Assembly: GCF_963921235.1 (NCBI RefSeq)
Contig: NC_086097.1
Span: forward strand, 169,200,001-169,264,000
From: Mobula hypostoma
Taxonomy: Eukaryota
Reading direction: 5' to 3'
Length of the DNA: 64,000 nt
The notes below the pieces were generated by a model. The model was not told where the DNA came from. It ran no database searches and worked only from the letters and a program-made list of their open reading frames with translations. This document shows positions 61,366 through 64,000 of the stretch, in pieces. The position numbers and the translations under genes were made by a program. Every line of letters begins with the position of its first letter. Position 1 is the stretch's first letter.

Positions 61366-62749
61366 GTGGCATGTCTGAATGACTATCGACTTGTGCCTCT
61401 GACATCAATTGCTATGAAGTGCTTCGAGCGATTGGTTATGGCACACATCAACCACAGCCTACTGGTCAGCCTGGAAGCTTTACAATTCGCCTACCAGAGC
61501 AACACGTCAACGGCAGATGCCATCTCTCTGGACCTACATTCCTCCTTAGAACACCTGGAGAATAAAGACGCATATGTAAGGCTCCTTTTCATTGACTACA
61601 GCTCTGCTTTTAATACCATCAGTCCAAATAAACTGATTCCTAAGCTCCGGAACCTGGGCCTTAGCACTCAGATCTGCAGCTGGATCTTCAACTTCCTCAC
61701 AGACAGGACCCAGGCTGTAAAAATAGGGGACAAGCTCTCCTCTACAATCACTCTGAGCACCGGTGCCCCACAAAGCTGTGTACTCAGCCCTCTGCTGTAC
61801 TCACTGTACACCCATGGTTGTGTAGTCAAGTTTCCATCGAACTCAATATATAAGTTTGCTGACAACACCACAACTTGTAGGCCGTATCTCGGGTAATGAT
61901 GAGTTTGAGTACAGAGAGGAAATTAAGAACCTGGTGGCATGGTGCGAAGACAATAACCTATCCCTCAACGTCAGCAAGACGAAGGAACTGGTTGTTGACT
62001 TCAGAAGGAGTAGCAGACCACATGACCCAATTGACATCGGTGGTGCGCAAGTGGAACAGGTCAAAAGCTTTAAGTTCCTCAGGGTCAATATCACAAATGA
62101 CCTGACTTGGTCCAACCAAGCAGAGTTCGCTGCCAAGAAGGCCCACCAGCGCCTTTACTTCCTGAGAAAGCTAAAGAAATTTGGCCTGTCCTAAAACACT
62201 CACTAATTTTTATAGATGCACCGAAGAAAGCATTCTTCTAGGGTGCATCACAACCTGGTATGGAAGTTGTCCTGTCCAAGACCGGAAAAAGCTGCAGAAG
62301 ATCGTGAACACAGCCCAGCACATCACACAAACCAATCTTCCATCCTTGGACTCACTTTACTCTGCACGCTGTCGGAGCAGTGCTGCCAGGATAATCAAGG
62401 ACACGACCCACCCAGCCAACACACTTTTCGTCCCTCTTCCCTCCAGGAGAAGGCTCAGGAGCTTGAAGACTCGTACGGCCAGATTTGGGAACAGCTTCTT
62501 TCCAACTGTGGTAAGACTGCAGAACGGATCCTGACCCGGATCTGGGCCGTACCCTCCAAATATCCAGACCTGCCTCTCAGTTTTTTTTTGCACTACCTTA
62601 CTTTCCCTTTTCTATTTTCTATTTATGATTTATAATTTAAATTTTTAATATTCACTATTGATTTCTACTCCAGGGAGCGCGCAGCGCAGAATCAAATATC
62701 ACTGTGATGATTGTATGCTCTAGTATCAATTGTTTAGCCAGAATAAAGT
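61366..62749 (+). mobile_element. Rex1/Babar LINE, 5'-truncated and frameshifted
   Basis: [57 protein letters not shown]; 7-bp TSD AAAGAAG (61359-61365 and 62750-62756). Confidence 0.9.
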
Positions 62750-63159
62750 AAAGAAGCAACGATCCCAGCAGCAGATTAAAGCCTCCCTGTAAATGAATAA
62801 TATGGTCATTTTCTGCTTGGATCTACTATTGGTCTGAAAACTGACAGGATCTCAGGGGCAGGAAAAGCAACCAGTGTGACCCCTATTCTGGTGACTATTG
62901 TGTACCCAAACACCAAGCTGAACAACAGGTTGAGGTTCTCCATATTCCCACTGTGGGAAAGGATAGATTTAATCATTTGGCTAGAAGGTTGCCCTAATGC
63001 CCCTGGAAGGAAAGGTTGCATAGGCACATACTTTTATCTACAATTAGGCAAGATATGTACCGAATATCCTCTTGCCCTTATTGGAAAAGGCAATGCTAGG
63101 TTCTGTTAGATCTTCCTTGAGCAGATTATCAAAGCTATTTGACAGAATGCCTGAGAACT

Positions 63160-63516
63160 GTCATAGTCATACTTTATTGATCCCGGGGGAAATTGGTTTT
63201 TGTTACAGTTGCACCATAAATAAATAGTAATACAACCAGAAATAATTAAATAGTAATATGTAAATTACACCAGATGGAAATAAGTCCAGGACCAGCCTAT
63301 TGGCTCAGGGTTTCTGACCCTCCAAGGGAGGAGTTGTAAAGTTTGATGTCCACAGGCAGGAATGACTTCCTATGACGCTCTGTGCTGCATCTCGGTGGAA
63401 TGAGTCTCTGGCTGAATGTACTCCTGTGCCCAACCAGTACATTATGTAGTGGATGGGAGACATTGTCCCAGATGGCATGCAACTTGGACGGCATCCTCTT
63501 TTCAGACACCACCGTC
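63160..63516 (-). mobile_element. Rex1/Babar-like LINE 3' end, second family
   Basis: DNVSHPLH...RLIPPRCSTERHRKSFLP C-terminus; 3' terminus shared with a 40-bp fragment at 6480-6522. Confidence 0.75.
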
Positions 63517-64000
63517 AAACAAGCATCAAGACTTAGCTAAAACACACAGATTGCTACAGGAACTCAGCAAGTCAAGCAGCACGTATGGAGTCAACACTTC
63601 AAGCCGAGACCGTTCATCAGCTTAGCTGGTGACGAGAAAGGCCCCCCTTTCTCAGATTGTTCAGCTTGGCGAGAATTCAACAGCACTATTATTGTCACCA
63701 AGGCAACTCCAGTGCGACCGAATCCATCAGCCTTATTGAATGTGCATTTGCCAAGGAAAGGCTGGAAATAGATGTGTGCCCTTTGACGAGAATCTTCCCC
63801 AACAGTTACACACTGTATAGGCCGTTCACACACCAAGACAAATATCAAACTCTGCTGGAGGATCATTGCTATGAAAGGTATTCTTTGCTCTGCCCATTAC
63901 TTGCTGCTGTTCCATTAGGATTGCCCAAAACTGTTTGCTCTAGAGTGGCACATTAGAATCATATTTATCATCACTGACATATATCTCATAAAATTTGTTT

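Overview
Eukaryotic, repeat-dense vertebrate DNA; the mix of CR1, Penelope, Rex1 and tRNA-derived SINEs suggests a cartilaginous fish such as a ray (inference, not proven). The only host gene I can support is the 3' part of a CEP192-like gene on the minus strand. Eleven GT-AG exons were read by hand between 59059 and the stop codon at 3559-3561. They encode the C-terminal ASH/SPD-2 Ig-like domains and join in frame except for one unresolved linker junction. The introns are filled with transposons: a Helitron 5' end, a decayed BEL/Pao element with both LTRs, a mariner MITE, a Chapaev3-type DNA transposon with a solo LTR inside it, a Harbinger-type MITE, Rex1/Babar LINEs, many CR1 LINEs (including a four-element 10.5 kb nest) and five young Penelope-like (RT + GIY-YIG) insertions. 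The most notable signal is the Penelope system: its pseudo-LTR carries a minimal type I hammerhead ribozyme, four of five insertions are inverted-repeat structures with TSDs, one is a 2.75 kb palindrome, and they bracket CEP192 exons. Hammerheads in Penelope-like elements are already known; their effect on this host gene is hypothesis only.
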